Origin: the human T2T-CHM13v2.0 reference genome, Homo sapiens
Assembly: GCF_009914755.1 (NCBI RefSeq)
Contig: NC_060940.1
Length of the DNA: 64,000 nt
Direction: 5' to 3' (one strand)
Positions 36,226 to 52,960 of the stretch are shown here, piece after piece. The position numbers and the translations under genes are program-made. Under the pieces are notes generated by a model. It saw only the letters and a program-made list of their open reading frames with translations, did not search any database and was not told where the DNA came from. The stretch's first letter is position 1; the number at the start of each line of letters is the position of its first letter.

Positions 36226-39200
36226 ACAACCAGTTTAGGCAGTGTGTATCTTTCCTGGGTCGACTCATTACTTATGATCTAAATAAACCAGAAATGCTGC
36301 AACAAGAAATAAATTGAATGTGTTAGTGTAGGGGGTGGCTACTGCAAAACCAATTCCAAAATACTCTCAGGAATGCACCTAAACTCTAAGGTTGTATTGT
36401 CTCTCATTTATTATAGGATTAATTTTGCCTATATGTCTCTCACATTAAAAGAACAAATCGAAATAGTACAATGGAAGAATACTTAATATTAACATTCAAT
36501 GATGAAACAGGAAACAACAAACAAACAAGCAAAGAACAAACATGATTTTCTCCTGGAGTGGGGTAGTGAAAATGAAATGGAGGAATTGAGGTGAGAAAGT
36601 AAGAGTGGTAGCCAGGTGTTTAAAAGTGTACTGGAAATGTAGTTTTTGTTGTTGTTGAATAACAGGTGCATCCTTCAGCTTGGACAATATTCAGAGTATG
36701 ACTCTGCCCTATAATAAAATATCACAATAAATGTTGTGAATCAATATCAAGAGGAAGCAATTAAATTATAGAGAGAAACTTTTTTCTGAATAAATAGCGA
36801 GAGTGAGGCATTTTGCTAAATTAATTGAATGAGCAAACATCCACAGAAATAAGTTGATTGAATATTACAACAAAAGGGGACATTTATAAATTGCAGTGGA
36901 GACCAAAAATACGTTTCATACTAAAGGATGATACTAAAGGATTCTGAAATCACACTAAAGGATTTTGAAAATGACCAGTAAAGATATAGAGGTGTAGAAT
37001 AAGGGAGACATGGGACACAAAAAGATGACAGAAAAAAACAGACAAAAATATTGAGACCACATTAAACAAGTTTCAGCCATATTGTCCAAAAATTCCCATT
37101 AGTTCTTTAGAGAGGAGGAATTAACACTTAATATCAAAATAAGTTAGATGATAGTCAATTTTTAGCTTTTACAATTATGCAATATAAAAGTCATAGTGAA
37201 TTCCATCTGATTCTCATTATGAAGTTTAACAAGACATTCTCAGTTTATGAATTTGTTATCCTTATGCCTTAAAATCCTTACAGACAGCACAGGTCCTAAT
37301 AGTGAGGGCAGCATATGTGGATACTAAGTAAAAACCCAGTTGTCCAGAAGGGTTAATCAAAGATGAGCTCAGTCCCTTTACCCCCAAAAGAATGTTGCTT
37401 CAGCAATAATTATATCTGACTGGATTTGCCTTATGTACATAAGTACTTAGTGAACTTTTCAAAGGTACGTAAGAAATAAATTATTAATATTATTTTAAAA
37501 CGCCATGAAATGCTAGCATAGAAAGAAAAGGAAATGTATTTGTGATCTTTCATGGCTTGTGTGATGTAAAAATTCCTCATGGATAAGGGTCTTTCTAATT
37601 ATTTTAGTCAGTAAAGACGACTTACACCTCATCAGTTTGATACCTAGCAGGAAAAGAAATCTGCAAATACTGTAATACTGGGTATATTCTGTGCCTGACT
37701 AGACTAATTTGTCACAGACAATCTATTTGGTCACTGAAGAGAAAGAGGGCATGTCTAAGAATAACTCAAAATATATTTGTACTTCAGAGCTCATACGTGT
37801 CAAATGGGATATTCTTTGTAGTCAACCCATTGTTGCTCTGACTTAAATTCTTTCCACTGTGGAACAAAAGTGCAGTAATTTTGAAAATGGCATTTTAAGT
37901 GAAGCTATTTATTTATACTTTATACTACATCATTATGGTTCAAAACCAAAAGGAATCGTGTGGTATAAAATGAAGTATGTTTCTGTGAAAAATGCACTGA
38001 ATACAATACAATTTTATGGATAGAGAGGTATGGAATTCTCAACTGTATAAATATTGCAATTCGCAGAAGAAAGTTACGGTAGAAAAGCATCAACCTTCAT
38101 AGAATTTTCAAGGTCAAAATTACAGTCTTGTCTTGGTCATTGTCTTACACTATGACCTAGGGGTGATTAATTCTCCATTGTTAAATGAGAGGATTGGACC
38201 CTCAAAAATCTTTCTCTCTCAATTTCTCTAGATTTGAGTTTGTAAATTTCAGTTTTGAAAATACATGTGAATGTATATGTATGTGTTTAAAAAATAAATG
38301 TATTTTCTTATGAAAAGTTTTTATAAAGAATGAAACAAGAAGTTCTTTAAAAGTATATCTATATTAATATCCTAGCAAGAAGCAAATGAAACACAGAAAT
38401 TACAATATTTTGAGGAGGCCTTAAGACACCATTTCAAAATACATAGCAATGTCTCAGTTAAACCACAAAGGATGGTGGATTATCTTAAGTTTTTAGCCAC
38501 CCTAGGTCCAAAGTGGTAACTAAACATCTCTCTTAGGTTTTCCTTTTTGCAACTCAAGAACTGTGGGAATAACATAATAAAGGAGCATAGATAGTCTCTG
38601 AAAGGTGGAAAAAAGCCTGGCTGCCTAAGAAGCTTAAGACTTGAATTACGTTTCTGTGAATCCCCTGAGGTGTTTTTATTGCTTTGCATACACCCCATAC
38701 AGAAAGTTGCAGAAGACTCCAACCCCTTACCACTAATGGGCAAAAATAAAAGAAGCTCCAAATAAAATATTTTTGCTCCTGGCCATAGAAAAGAGGGTGA
38801 CCTAACCAAAATAAGACATTCTTTTTTGGCAGTACATGCTCAACTACAAGCCACAAACCAACAGGAAATGTATACTTTACTATGCTTTCAGTGGGGCCAA
38901 GCACAGAGTTATCTTTGGCCCTTCCTCACACCACCTTGCAGAAAAAGGCAGCAGTGCTTTTATTTCCCAACCCTGTGAGAATAGCAAGACAAAGCAAGGA
39001 TTTTATCTTTCATCCCTTGCCCACCAGAAGCAGGTGCTGGTATTTCAAGTCTTCTGCTGAGGCAGGGACAATGAGGCTGAGCAGGGGGCTGTTCTTCTAT
39101 TCTCCAGGTGGTGGAAGCAGATATTGTTCTAATTCCACTACCAGGGAAGTGACAGTGGGGTCTTGTGGAAAGCTGTATCATCAATAAGTCAGAAAAGCTG

Positions 39201-40343
39201 GTATGGGTATAGGCTAGGGAGCAGTGTGCTTTCCCCTATCTTTTAATGTAAGCAGGCCCAGTGGCAAGATGAACCTCCATTCTCATCCAACATCAACAAG
39301 ATGGAACAAAGTGATGTAAGGTATGGCTATTTGCAGTCCTTTTCTAGCCTCCCACTTCTGGTATCAGTGGGGCCTGGCAAAGAGCTGACTTTCTATTGCC
39401 AATCTGCAGTAAAAGTGATATTAACCAGCTCTCTGTGTCTACCTACCTGGTGGCAAGAGACCCAGTGGGGAGCTGAGCTCACACCCTCACTCTGAAGTAG
39501 TGAGATGGTTCAAGTCATTGGGTCCAGTTTTATTGGGAAGGTGTCTGTGGGGCTGAAGTCAGCTGAAATTCCACACCACCCATCTGTATTAAGGCACTGT
39601 GAATCAGTGCCTCACTTTTGCTAGGGTGATGCGGAATGGGCCCAATGCAAAGCTAAACATAAACAACTATTTAGCGTTTCCACTAAATCTGAACAGGAGA
39701 CTTTAAAGGTCATTATAAAACATCTCTATATAGTTTTAAAATATTATTATATAGAATCCCAAGCTTCATATTATAAAATTTAAAATGTCAAAGAGAAAAC
39801 AATTGAAAATCACCCAGTATTCCAAAAACCACGATAATCACAACATGAATGAGAAAATACCACTAATAGACACCAACACTGAGATAAATTAGGATGTTGG
39901 AGTTATCTGACAAAAATTTCAATGCAGCTATCATAAAAAATGGTTCAACAAACAATTATGAATTCTCAAACAAATAAAAGCAGAAATACCAACAAAGATT
40001 CAGAAGTTATAAAGAATTAACTGGAATTATAAAATAATAATGCAATAACTGAAATAAAAATTTTTCTGGATGAGCTAAATGGTATACTAGAGGTAAAAAG
40101 AATAGAAGTAAAATTGAAATAGCCATAGGATTTACCCATTCTGAACGACAGAGAGAAATAAACCAATTTAAAAAATGCAAACCAAATATCAGGGACTTGT
40201 AGAATAATAAAAAGAAATCCAACTTTTACATTATTTGAGTTAAAGAAGGAGAAGGGAAAGAGAGTGAGGTTAAAAGAACGACAAAAGAGTGATCAAAATC
40301 TTCCCAAAGTTTTAAAAGGACATACACCACAGATTCAAGGAAT

Positions 40344-40399
40344 ATAATATACACCAAGTTAAAACCAAACATAATAATATACACCAAGTTAAAACCAAA
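40344..40399. repeat. Tandem duplication with 30-bp period (26-bp perfect unit)
   Basis: ataatatacaccaagttaaaaccaaa at 40344-40369 and 40374-40399. Confidence 0.9.
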
Positions 40400-40544
40400 G
40401 AATTTATGCTTCTGATTATAATTAAACTTCTGAAAACTAAGTAAAAATAAAAACCCCTGAAAGCAGCAAGAGAGAGACATATTACTTACAGATAAACACT
40501 AATTTGAATAACAGCAGATTGCTCATTTGAAACCATAAAGATCA

Positions 40545-41184
<640 letters not shown>

Positions 41185-42225
41185 TCAGAAAGAAATGCCA
41201 CAATATTTTTATGTACTGTAAGAAATGAGCTGTTAACTGCAAATTGTATATTCAGTTGAAATATTCTTCAAAATGAAGGAGAAATAAAGATAGTGTCAAC
41301 TGAAAGAAAACTAAAAATTTGCTATCAAACTTAACTTTAAAGAATGACTAAAGGGACTTTTTCTAACAAAATAAAAGGAAGCAATAAAGAATAAGTCTTA
41401 ACAGCTTCAGATAGAAAGGAACATCACAATGGGTTAAAGAAAAAGTAGATAAATAGAATATGCTATTTCTAATGAGATTTTTAAACAATCTTTGGTGATT
41501 TAAGCTAAAATAACCACACCATCTGAAGGGATGCTCAATGTATACAAAATAAATATTTAAGACAATTATCTCTCAAGTCTGGGGCCATATATAACCTAAA
41601 TAAAAGTAATGTTTCTACACTTCATCTAAAGTGGTAAGGCATCAATATTAGTAGGTTATATTTAGTTACATATGCACCATGTAATTCCTGGAGCAACAAT
41701 TAAGAAAAGTACATAAAATGATATACTCAAAATCAGTGTAAATAAATTGAGTTAAAATAATTTTAAAAGTTTAAATAACCCAAAGAAAGGCAATAAAAGA
41801 CAAACAGAGGAAAGAGAAACACAGGAAACAAACCAAAAACAAATAAGGTGGCACAGTTAAGCCTCACTATATCAATGATTACCTTAAGTATCAATGGTCT
41901 GCATACACTACAAACAGAGCAAAGACAAGAAAGGAGGATAAAGAAACAAAAGAATAATCCAACAATGTGTTGTTTACAAAAAGTTCACTTCAAATATAAC
42001 TACATAGATAGATTTAATTTTAAAATAATACGGAAAAGACCATGAAAACAATACTTTTTTCAAAAAAAAAGATGATGATATTAATATCAGCTACAGTAGA
42101 CATAAGAGCAAAGAAAATTATTAGAGATAAAGGGGGACATTATATAATGACAAAAGTATCTATCGGGAGATGCAACAATCATAAATATTTACACACTGAA
42201 TAAAAGAACTTCAAAGTATATATAG

Positions 42226-42619
<394 letters not shown>

Positions 42620-42769
42620 ATGGTAAGGAATTTTAGCACCCCATATTAGTAACTATAGAAGTACTAAACAAAAAAAGCAGGCAAGTTCAAACAAGATCTA
42701 GAAAGCAAAATAAACCAGTAGTGTCCATTTGACATATATGGGACATGCCACAACAACAACAGCAGAATA

Positions 42770-43079
42770 TATTTATTTATTTATTTATTTAATTTATTTA
42801 TTTTTAAGACACAGTCTCACTCTGTCACCCAGGCTGGAGTGCAGTGGTGCCATCTTGGCTCACTACAACCTCTGCCTCTCAGATTCAAGTGATTCTTGTG
42901 CCTCAGCCACCCAAGTAGCTGGGACTACAGGCATGCACCTGGATAAATTTTGTATTTTTAGTGGAGACAGGGATTCACAATGTTGGTCAGGCTTGTCTTA
43001 AACTCCTAACCTCAAATGATCTGTTCACCTTGGCCTCCCAAAGTGCTGGAATTACAGGGGTGAGCAACTGTGCCTGGCC
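42770..43079 (-). mobile_element. Older Alu (AluJb/Sz-like)
   Basis: Diverged dimer with a (TTTA)n tail. Confidence 0.9.
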
Positions 43080-43516
43080 TATGTACTTATTTTTAAGAAC
43101 TCAGAATATTCTCAAAGATAACCATTTTCCTGGCCATTAAAAAATGAGTTTAGATGAGTTGAAATCATAATGAATTTGTTCTCTGACTTCAATGAAATCA
43201 AGCTAGAAGTTAATTATAACAAAAAATCATTAAAATATTTAAAACTAAATGATACTCTTCTAAATAATCAATAAGTCAAATAGGAAGTATCAGAGAAAAT
43301 ACAATTCTAGAACTAAATGACAATAAAATACAATACATCAACACTTTTGGAAAAATGATAAAGCAGTACTAAAAGAAATGTACAGCACTGTGTGTTATGC
43401 ATTAAAAGAGGAGTTTTTAATCAGTAATCTAAATTTCTACTTCAAGAAGCTAGAAAAAAAAGAGTATAATAGTTTGAAACTAAGAAGAAGGAAATAATAG
43501 AGATAAAAGAGATGAA

Positions 43517-44400
<884 letters not shown>

Positions 44401-44794
44401 ATTAATGGAACTGAAATAATATACAAAAATCTAGTCCTTTGGGAAAAATCCATTAAAACTGATGAATATTATACAAGCATACATAAATAAAAAGAGAGAA
44501 AACATAGATGACCAATATCTGAATAAACCAAGGGATTGTACTACAGTCTCTGCAACATTAAAAGAATAATAAGGGGATATTGTAAGAGCTTTACTCATAA
44601 ATTTGACCACTAAAAATTAACGGTCCAACTGTTTAGAAACTGCAAATTACCAAAACTCAACCAAGATAAAACAGACAACATACATAGTTTAATAACTATT
44701 ACTTACATTTAATTTATGATATATTTATTTTTTATGTTTTTGATTGTACTTTTTTTTTGAGGTGAAATTCATATAACTTAAAATTAATCATTTT

Positions 44795-45725
44795 TAATTT
44801 TAAAAAATTTTATTTCAACAGTTTCAGGTGGTTTCTGGTTACATGGATAAGTGATTTAGTGGTGATTTCTGAGACTTTGGTGCCCCCATCACCAAGTAGT
44901 GTACAATGTACCCAATATATAGCCTTTTACCCTTCATCCCCTCCCACCCTTCCTCCCAAGTCCCCAAAGTCCATTGTATCATTCTTATGCCTTTGCATCC
45001 TCATGGCTTAGCTCCCACTTATAAGTGAGAACATACGATGTTTGGTTCTCCATTCCTGAGTTACCTCACTTAGAATAATGGCCTCCAACTCCAACCAAGT
45101 TACTGCAAAGGCCATTTTTGTCTTCTGTTTTATGCATAAGTAGTTTTCCATGGTGCATATATACTACATTTTCTTTATCCACTCATTGGTTGATAGGCAT
45201 ACAGTTTGGTTCCATATTTCTGCAATTGTGAGTTGTGCTGCTATAAACATGCATGATCCTGTGTCTTTGTCATATAATGACTTATTTTCCTTTGGGTAGA
45301 TACCCAATAGTGGGATTGCTGGATGGAATGGTAGTTCTACTTTTAGTTCTTTAAGGAATCTCTATACTGTTTTCCATAGTAGTTGTACTAGTTTACATTT
45401 CCACCAACAGTGTAAGAGTCCCCTTTTCACCGCATTTCTTATTTTTTAATTTTTAAATTATGGCCATTCTTGCAGGAGTAATGTGGTCTCTCTTTGTGGT
45501 TTTAATTGCATTATCACTAATTATCGGGTTGCATTTCCCTGATAATTAGTGAGGTTAAGCATTTTTTGGTATGTTTGTTGATTGTATATCTTCTTTCAAG
45601 AATTGTCGATTTTTGTCCTTTGCCCACTTTTTGATGGGATTGTTTTTTCCTGCTGATTTGTTTGAGTTCCTTGTAGATTCTGGATATTAGTCATTTGTCG
45701 AATGCATAGCTGGTGAATATTTTCA
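44795..45725 (-). mobile_element. L1PB1-like 3' fragment inserted antisense into the old L1M
   Basis: ggttacatggataagt..tttagtggtgatttctgagactttggtgc and gtccccaaagtccattgtatcattcttatgcctttgc. Confidence 0.9.
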
Positions 45726-47536
45726 ATAGGCCCAAGTGTTTTCACTGGAGAATTTTATAAAAGTTTCAAAATAGAATTAGCATCAAATTTATACAATCTC
45801 TTCCAGAATATGGAAGAGAAGGAATCAATCCCCCAGTCATTTTATAAGAGCAATAATACCACCGTTTAAAGGAAACTACAGATTATTATGTATTACATAT
45901 TTTAAATTTCTCAAAATGAGGAAAACAAGTCGAAGTATACAGCTTGACTGCATGAGTTTTATTTTAGGTATACAAGGCCGGTTCAACAATTGAAAATAAA
46001 GCAAACTAATTCAATACATCAACAAGATAGAATAGAAAAACATATATGAGATATTATTAAGTGACGCAGAAAATGCATTTGGCAACTTCCAGTACCTATT
46101 CAGAACAAACACTCAGCAAATTATAACAGAGGATAACTTCTTCACACTAGCAAAGTGATTCTGTAAGAAAACTATAGCTATCACCACTCATATTCCACAT
46201 ATAAAAACTATAGCCACCAAATAAGTGAAAAATAAATAAATAAAAGATATACATATTAGAAAGGAAGAAATAAAATGAGCCTATATGCAGATGGCATGAT
46301 TGTCTATGTACAAAATGCCAACAAATCTATAAGGCAATGAGCTCCTAAAATTAACAAGGTAGTTCAGAAACCTCACTGGATAAAAATAATTGCAAAAAAT
46401 TATTGAATTTCCATACACTAACAAACAGTGAACATGTGGTAATCCAAATTAAACACGCAAAATAACTTCTGATAATTTCAAATGAAATAAAGTATATATG
46501 CATAACATGAACAAATATGCATGCCCAACATTACAAAATTTTGATGAAAGAAATAACAGAACATCTAAATAAATAGACATGCCACGTTCTAGGATTGAAA
46601 GATTCAACAAGTTAAAGACAATGAATTACAAAAATGGTAAATTAGTTGCCATCAAAATTTTTGTTGCAAAAGATCATGTTAAGAGTATCATTTTAAAACT
46701 AAAAAGAGGAAAAAATATAATATTAACAGTATCAAAATATGAGCCACAGAAAAGAAAATATATTTGCAAACTACATATTCTTCTAAGGACTAGTATCTAA
46801 ATATATAAATAACTCTTAAATGCAACAGTTGAAAATAATTAGTAAGTGGGCAAAAGACATGAATAGTCATTTTATAAATGAAGGTAAAACAGATGGTAAG
46901 TGTGTGAAAATATATTCAATATTATTAGGGAAATGCAAGCACAAAGGGTTGTCAATACGTACCTATCTATCAAAATGGCTAAAAAAAAAAAGTGAACATC
47001 AAATGCTGGCAAGGATGTGAAGAAATTATCACCCATACCTTTCTGGTGGCAATGTAAAATGGTACAGCCACTCTGAAAACAAGTAAGTTATTATTTTAAA
47101 AACTAAACATTCAGTATCATTCAATCTATCAACTGCACTGTGCTCTTGGGTATTCATCCAAGCTTATGTTCACACAAAAATTTGTAAATAAATGTTCATG
47201 GCGTTTTAGTAGCCAAAAATAGGAAACAACCAAAATGCCCCTCAACAGGGGAACGGTTAAGCAAACTGTGGTACATATGCATCATGAAAAACTACTCAAT
47301 AATAAACAGGAATGAACTAATGATGCACACAACACATTGATGTGGTCTAGAGAATTATAGAGACTTATGATGAGGTTACATTCTGTGTGATTTAGTTAAT
47401 ATAACAATTTTAATGACAAACATAGGAGTGAAGATGAGAGCATAGCAGTTGTCAGTGATGGATGTGGGGACATAGAGGGATGTGGGAATGTCTATAAAAG
47501 AGTAAAATAAGGAATCCTAGTAAAGAAATTGCTTGT

Positions 47537-47831
47537 GGCCAGGCGCGGTGGCTCACGCCTGTAATCCCAGCACTTTGGGAGGCCAAGGCCAGCAGATCAC
47601 GAGGTCAGGAGATCGAGACCATCCTGGCTAACATGGTGAAACCCAGTCTCTACTAAAAATACAAAAAATTAGCCGAGTGTGGTGGCGGGCACTTGTAGTC
47701 CCAGCTACTCAGGAGGCTGAGGCAGGAGAATGGCGTGAACCTGGGAGGCAGAGCTTGCAGTGAACCCAGATCGCACCACTGCACTCCAGCCTGGGCGACA
47801 GAGCAAGACTCGGTCTCAAAAAAAAAAAAAA
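47537..47831 (+). mobile_element. AluY with 15-bp TSD
   Basis: TSD aaagaaattgcttgt at 47522-47536 and 47832-47846. Confidence 0.95.
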
Positions 47832-48739
47832 AAAGAAATTGCTTGTATTATGACTGTGTATTATGACTGTGTCAATGTCACAACTTTTCTTTGTGAATAT
47901 TGTACTATAGTTTTGCAAGACTGTTTCTCTGGATAAAGTAAACAAAAGGTGTCTCTATGTTTCTGATTATTGCCTGTGAGTCTACAATTATGCCAACATA
48001 AAATTAATTTAAAAAAATGGTTTTGGCCATGAGATGCACAAAACTTGGTCAATGCTCTGCAAGTTGGCTCTTGACTTCATGGCTGGAGGAATGTGTAGAA
48101 TAGCAGTAATTAATTAATGATGTTAAAAATAAAATAATCCAAATAAGCAAGTATGCATATAGATTTCTCTCTTGTAAGCACTATTTTTGTTTTTGCTATG
48201 ACAAGGTTACTATCTCAAAATGTCTATTATTTTTTCTTTGTTTTATTTTCATGTTTTATGCTAAGAATAAGTTTTACATAGCTCTAAAGTTTGATGGACA
48301 AATAAGATGTAGATCTGTTGGCAAGAGAAGAATTTTCAATAGAACTGTTGCTTCTGATAAAACTATTCTAAAATACCACTTACATTAACCTCTGAGTTAT
48401 TGCTTATGGGAGTAACTCCTTCTAACTTGGCCAGTTCCATGGACTCTCGCTTTTTCTTCATATTCCTTTATTTTCCCTTGTGATTCTCCACATCTGCCAT
48501 TATCCTTAAAGATCTAGCTCTTTCCTATCATGTCACTTTATCTCGCAACATATTTTTCTCTCCCTACATACCAGCAAGACCGGCCACTAATTTGTTACTT
48601 GAAGGCAAAACATTCCATTTGTTGCTAATTGGGATTATTTCTTTGCCCCCAACCAATTTCTTCCCACTCTCTTACTTTGCACATTTGTGGCAAAAAGTTT
48701 GAGTTTACAGTTTGTGATCTATGTGTATGCTGTGTGTGA

Positions 48740-48858
48740 TTATAACTGCTTAAAGCCTGTGTTCCCCGCTAGATCATAAACTCCCTGAAAGCAGAGGGCA
48801 TGGGTTCATATTTTACCCCCTATACACCACAATTTACAAATGCTTACCAAATATTGGG
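48740..48858 (+). mobile_element. L2 3' end remnant
   Basis: ccccgctagatcataaactccctgaaagcagagggcatg...tgcttaccaaatatt. Confidence 0.6.
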
Positions 48859-48995
48859 AAAGAGGGGAAGTGAAAGAGAGAGAGAGAGAGAAATAAAGAA
48901 CATGAAGAACGAGAGGGAAAAAGAGAGAGGGGAAAAAGAGGAGAAAGAAAAGAAAAGAAGGGAGAGAAAGAAGATGAGAATACAGAAAGAAAATG
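48858..48995. repeat. GA-rich purine tract
   Basis: Nearly pure A/G, including (GA)n. Confidence 0.85.
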
Positions 48996-49845
48996 GAGTA
49001 ATTGTTTATTTGGCAATTTGACAGATAATTTTAGCACTACTTTTAGCTAGCTTATTATGACTTCCGGTGGGCTCTGAAAAAGCAAAAACTCATCTTGGTC
49101 CAGGCTGTAGTATTGGTAGACTTATTGAACACCTATGGTATATCATTTGGAGGATTCATTAATACAAATGGAAATGTTGCTGCTTACTTGAAATTTAACA
49201 TCTAGTTGGAAAGAATCACATGGGAAGTTGCAAAATAATGCTATTTGCCTTTTGATATGTAACACAGAATCTTAATCCTCATGACATCCTGAAAAAGATA
49301 CAATATATGTTAACTAGATCATTGGCACATACACAGAATTATTCAAAGGAAAACAGTCACATATGATATTGCCACCCTCTAATGATTACTGTTAATATTT
49401 TGTTGTTTTCTCTAAAAACTTAAATATGTAGCAGTGTAGTTTTACAATTGACCATGGCATATTTCCAATCCTTTCTGGAGATACTATAAAAATATTGCAA
49501 GTGAAATTGTTTTTTAATCCCAAATATTTATTCCAGTTTTTCAAAAGAGAGGACAAATATCCAAATCAAATAATGGTAGAATAGTGCTCTTCATTAACAA
49601 ATATGGCTGCATAAGTCAGAAGTTCTTTTACCAGGTCCCATGGCCACTTAGGGCTGTATAAAAATTGAGAATTTCATATCTGTAATTTTTAAACAACATT
49701 TTAAATTTCTGTTAGATATTAAAAGGCCTTTGGAACTTTGTCAAATTTATTGCTCACTGTATCTAGATATAGACCAACATTTACTGGCTGTGATAAACAC
49801 TAGTTGGTAATACTTCAAAAAATATAGCATCCATTTGTTGAGTGC

Positions 49846-50150
49846 TATCTTAGTATGTTTTGTGTTGCCATAACGGAATAACCGAGGCTGGGTAATTTAA
49901 AAAGAACAGAAATTTATTTCCTCACAGTTCTGGAGGTCATGAAGTCAAAGATGAGGACTTCATGACCTCCAGAGGCATCTGGTGAGGGCGTTTTTGGTGC
50001 GTCATTACATGATGAAAGAGCAAAGAGACAGGAGGGCTTACTTTCCCTTTTATAACAGCACCGATTCCACCCATGGGGGCAGAGCCCTCTTGCCTAATCA
50101 CTTATTAAAGGTACCCCTTCTTAAAACTATTGCAATGTCAATTAAATTGA
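49846..50150 (-). mobile_element. MST/MLT1A-type MaLR LTR (partial)
   Basis: tatcttagtatgttttgtgttgccataac..ggctgggtaattta..aacagaaatttatt..ctcacagttctggagg...gggcagagccctc.tgcctaatcac. Confidence 0.85.
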
Positions 50151-51344
50151 AAAAAAAAAAAGGAGTATGTCACCACTTCCAGGACTGTTTTGAAAGATGA
50201 GCATTTGTCTAAGACTAAGATAATTCTTCACTTTTCATATAATCCAAAATGGTTCAGTCCCATTTTGATAGAATTTGATCTGAACTTTTAAGCAACTGTA
50301 GTGCTTTCATTCTCAAATCTCAATGCTGCCTGAATCTTTGAACACCAAACCAAGGCAGATCTCCTGAAGATGTGTGAGATGCCATATACCACCATTTTTA
50401 CATAATCAACCCTGAACAGATTGTAATAGTGTCCAACAGTTTAATTTGACACTCTTGAGTTATTTAGCAAAAAGTTAAAGCAGGTCTGGGCATATAATTT
50501 TTTTTTTCAATTAGGTTCTTTCAGGAGATTCAGGAAATGAAATTATAGCATAGAAGTTAGGTCCACATAGAGAAATGCACTGTGTCTGGGAAGTGACATT
50601 GAAGTCTATGGGTAGAGGTGGTGGTGGAAGTGGAGAATGTGGGTAAGGATTATATTTACCGAGTTTTCACCTACACTTCCTCATTTTTAATTTGCTCGTA
50701 TATTTATCCATTCATTCATTCATCAGTATCGTTTTTTAGAGCTATCGAGATTTTCCAACACCATATTTACAACATGTTAAAGAAAAAAAAAGGAATCAGA
50801 AAATTTCTGATATTTCTATAGTTATTACATTCTTCTTTCCTACTTTTCTTACTTCTTTCCACTTTTCTTATTTTCCTTCATTTGGTGTTTCTTCCATCCA
50901 TTCAAATATTTTCCCCAAATTTTCCTAAAATCTTACTATGTTCTGAGTTCTGTGGAAGGTGGTGGCAATGTAAGAATAAGACATGATCCTTGAGCTCAAG
51001 ATGTTACTTTCTAGTGGATTTTCATATGTATAGTGCACTACATTCTGTGATGTGCACTATAAGAGATTTCAATGGAAGGTTTGCGAGTCCAGAGGTATTA
51101 CAGAAAAATATTGATGGCCACACATACCCACGTTCATATCATGTCTTTATAACAGGGGCAGGTTACTTCAAGTTTTAGCCTTTGCATCTCATGGGGCTGT
51201 TATAAACAAGCAATAATAACATATGTTGAGCTTATTAAGAGATATAAATACCTCCCCTTTCATACAGGGACAACATAGTGATCAGAGATACTTCACTTAG
51301 CCTTCTGATCTTAATATTAATTGCAAATACTGCATTCATAAGAG

Positions 51345-51604
51345 AATTTTTGTCTGTACTGAATATGTGCAGACTTTTTTCTAGTCATTATCTTCTAAAC
51401 AATACAGTGTGATAACTATTTACATTGCATTTACACTGTATTAAATATTATAAGTAATCTATAGATGTTTAAAATATACAGGAGGATGTGCACAGGTTAT
51501 ATGCAAATACTACCTCATTTTATATCAGAGACTTGTGCATCCATAGATTCTGATATTCTGGAGCAGTCCTGGAACTAATCCCCATGGATACGGAGAGACA
51601 ACCG
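51345..51604 (+). mobile_element. MER2 (TcMar-Tigger) DNA transposon, one end missing
   Basis: tctgtactgaatatgtgcagactttttt..taactatttacattgcatttac..ggaggatgtgcacaggttatatgcaaatactac..ccccatggatacggagagacaaccg followed by TA. Confidence 0.9.
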
Positions 51605-52439
51605 TACTTTCTTGCTTGGTATTAAAAATACTACTAATTGGTATACTGGGAATAGTTTATATTTTAAGCTGGATCATGGCTACATATGATTACTTATATT
51701 AAATCATTCAGCTATACACTAAAGTTTCATGGTCTTTATGTACTTGTTATTTATTTTTTTCTTTGGGTGGATGTTAATCTGAAGGAGAAAATGAGGGAGG
51801 AGGAGGAGGAAGATAAAGAAAAAGCAAACTTGGTGAGAAATATGAGTAATGGCTTTGAAACGCAAATGATGATTTTAAAGAGAGACCAGATGTTGTCAGA
51901 GTTGGTTTAGTGGGAAGTTAATATGGATTTTGATGTAGTTACAATCTTCACAATATTTAAGCTGTGTTTATATATCTTTAGATTTGCTTCCTAAGCCAAG
52001 CATAAAAATTAGACTTTTTAAACTGTCCTGTCTCATTTGATTCAATCTTCCTAAAAGTCAGGTACAAGAAAGATGAACATTTACCAGTTTAATGATTCTC
52101 AGGGAGATAATTATAGAAGAAATAACAATAAGTAACAATGCCTGAACTGGGGAATTATAATGTTAACCGAGGAAAGCAGAAAACATATCTCAAATATCAT
52201 AGAAGAGACACATCCAGTTTGATCTTCCTACTTCTTTGGGTCTCCTTAAACATTTATGCTCCTTCATGTTCTATATATTCTGAGCCTCTATTCAAGGAGA
52301 AATTGGAGGCCATCCTGAATTTTATTCCTTTGCATTTCTCTGATTCAGTTTTTCAAAGATGCATGAGTGTTTGTAATACTGTTTCCATTATGCTAAAATA
52401 CACAATTTTCATTAAGACATGTCTAAGTGGTTGATTTCA

Positions 52440-52960
52440 CCAACATTCCTTTGTTAGGAAGAATGCCAAGGTCAAGCAATCCTGAAGAAAAGAGAGAATT
52501 GCAGGATCCAGCATCTCAGAGTTAGGCACTAGGTCCTGAAGGGACAATGACTCTGCTTTTTTGGTCTTTCTGCTTAGCTCTACCTGCTTTTACTATGAAA
52601 TGAGCTTTTCACATATAGCTGCCAAAAAAATGTCATAAGTCTATACTCAAACATCCCAGTCTTAGAACTTGCATTGAAAAATGGAGCTTCTTTATTGAAT
52701 TTCTCTAGATCAACGCCATAAGAAAACATTTCCTCTACTTGGTTTTCAGCCCGAGCAATGTCACGGCCCTTGAATTAACAATCAAAACCATGGGAAAGTG
52801 ACCTATGTTTTGCCAGACCCTGTGTCACAGGACCTTCTCTTCACAAAGCTAGACAGGTTGCTAAGATCCTCAGCTCAATTAAGGCCACATTGCATGGGAT
52901 GTAGTTTTCTGAAAGATGGTGTACTAAACAAATGGAGTAAAGATGTGTCTACTAATGCAT
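52440..52960 (-). mobile_element. Old MLT1-like LTR remnant
   Basis: Diverged motifs (gcttttcacatatagc, aatgtcacggcccttgaattaacaatc, gccagaccctgtgtcacagg). Confidence 0.35.

Noticed and set aside
48800-49021. Glu/Lys/Arg-rich 73-aa ORF
   Set aside because: Translation of a GA-rich purine tract at an L2 tail
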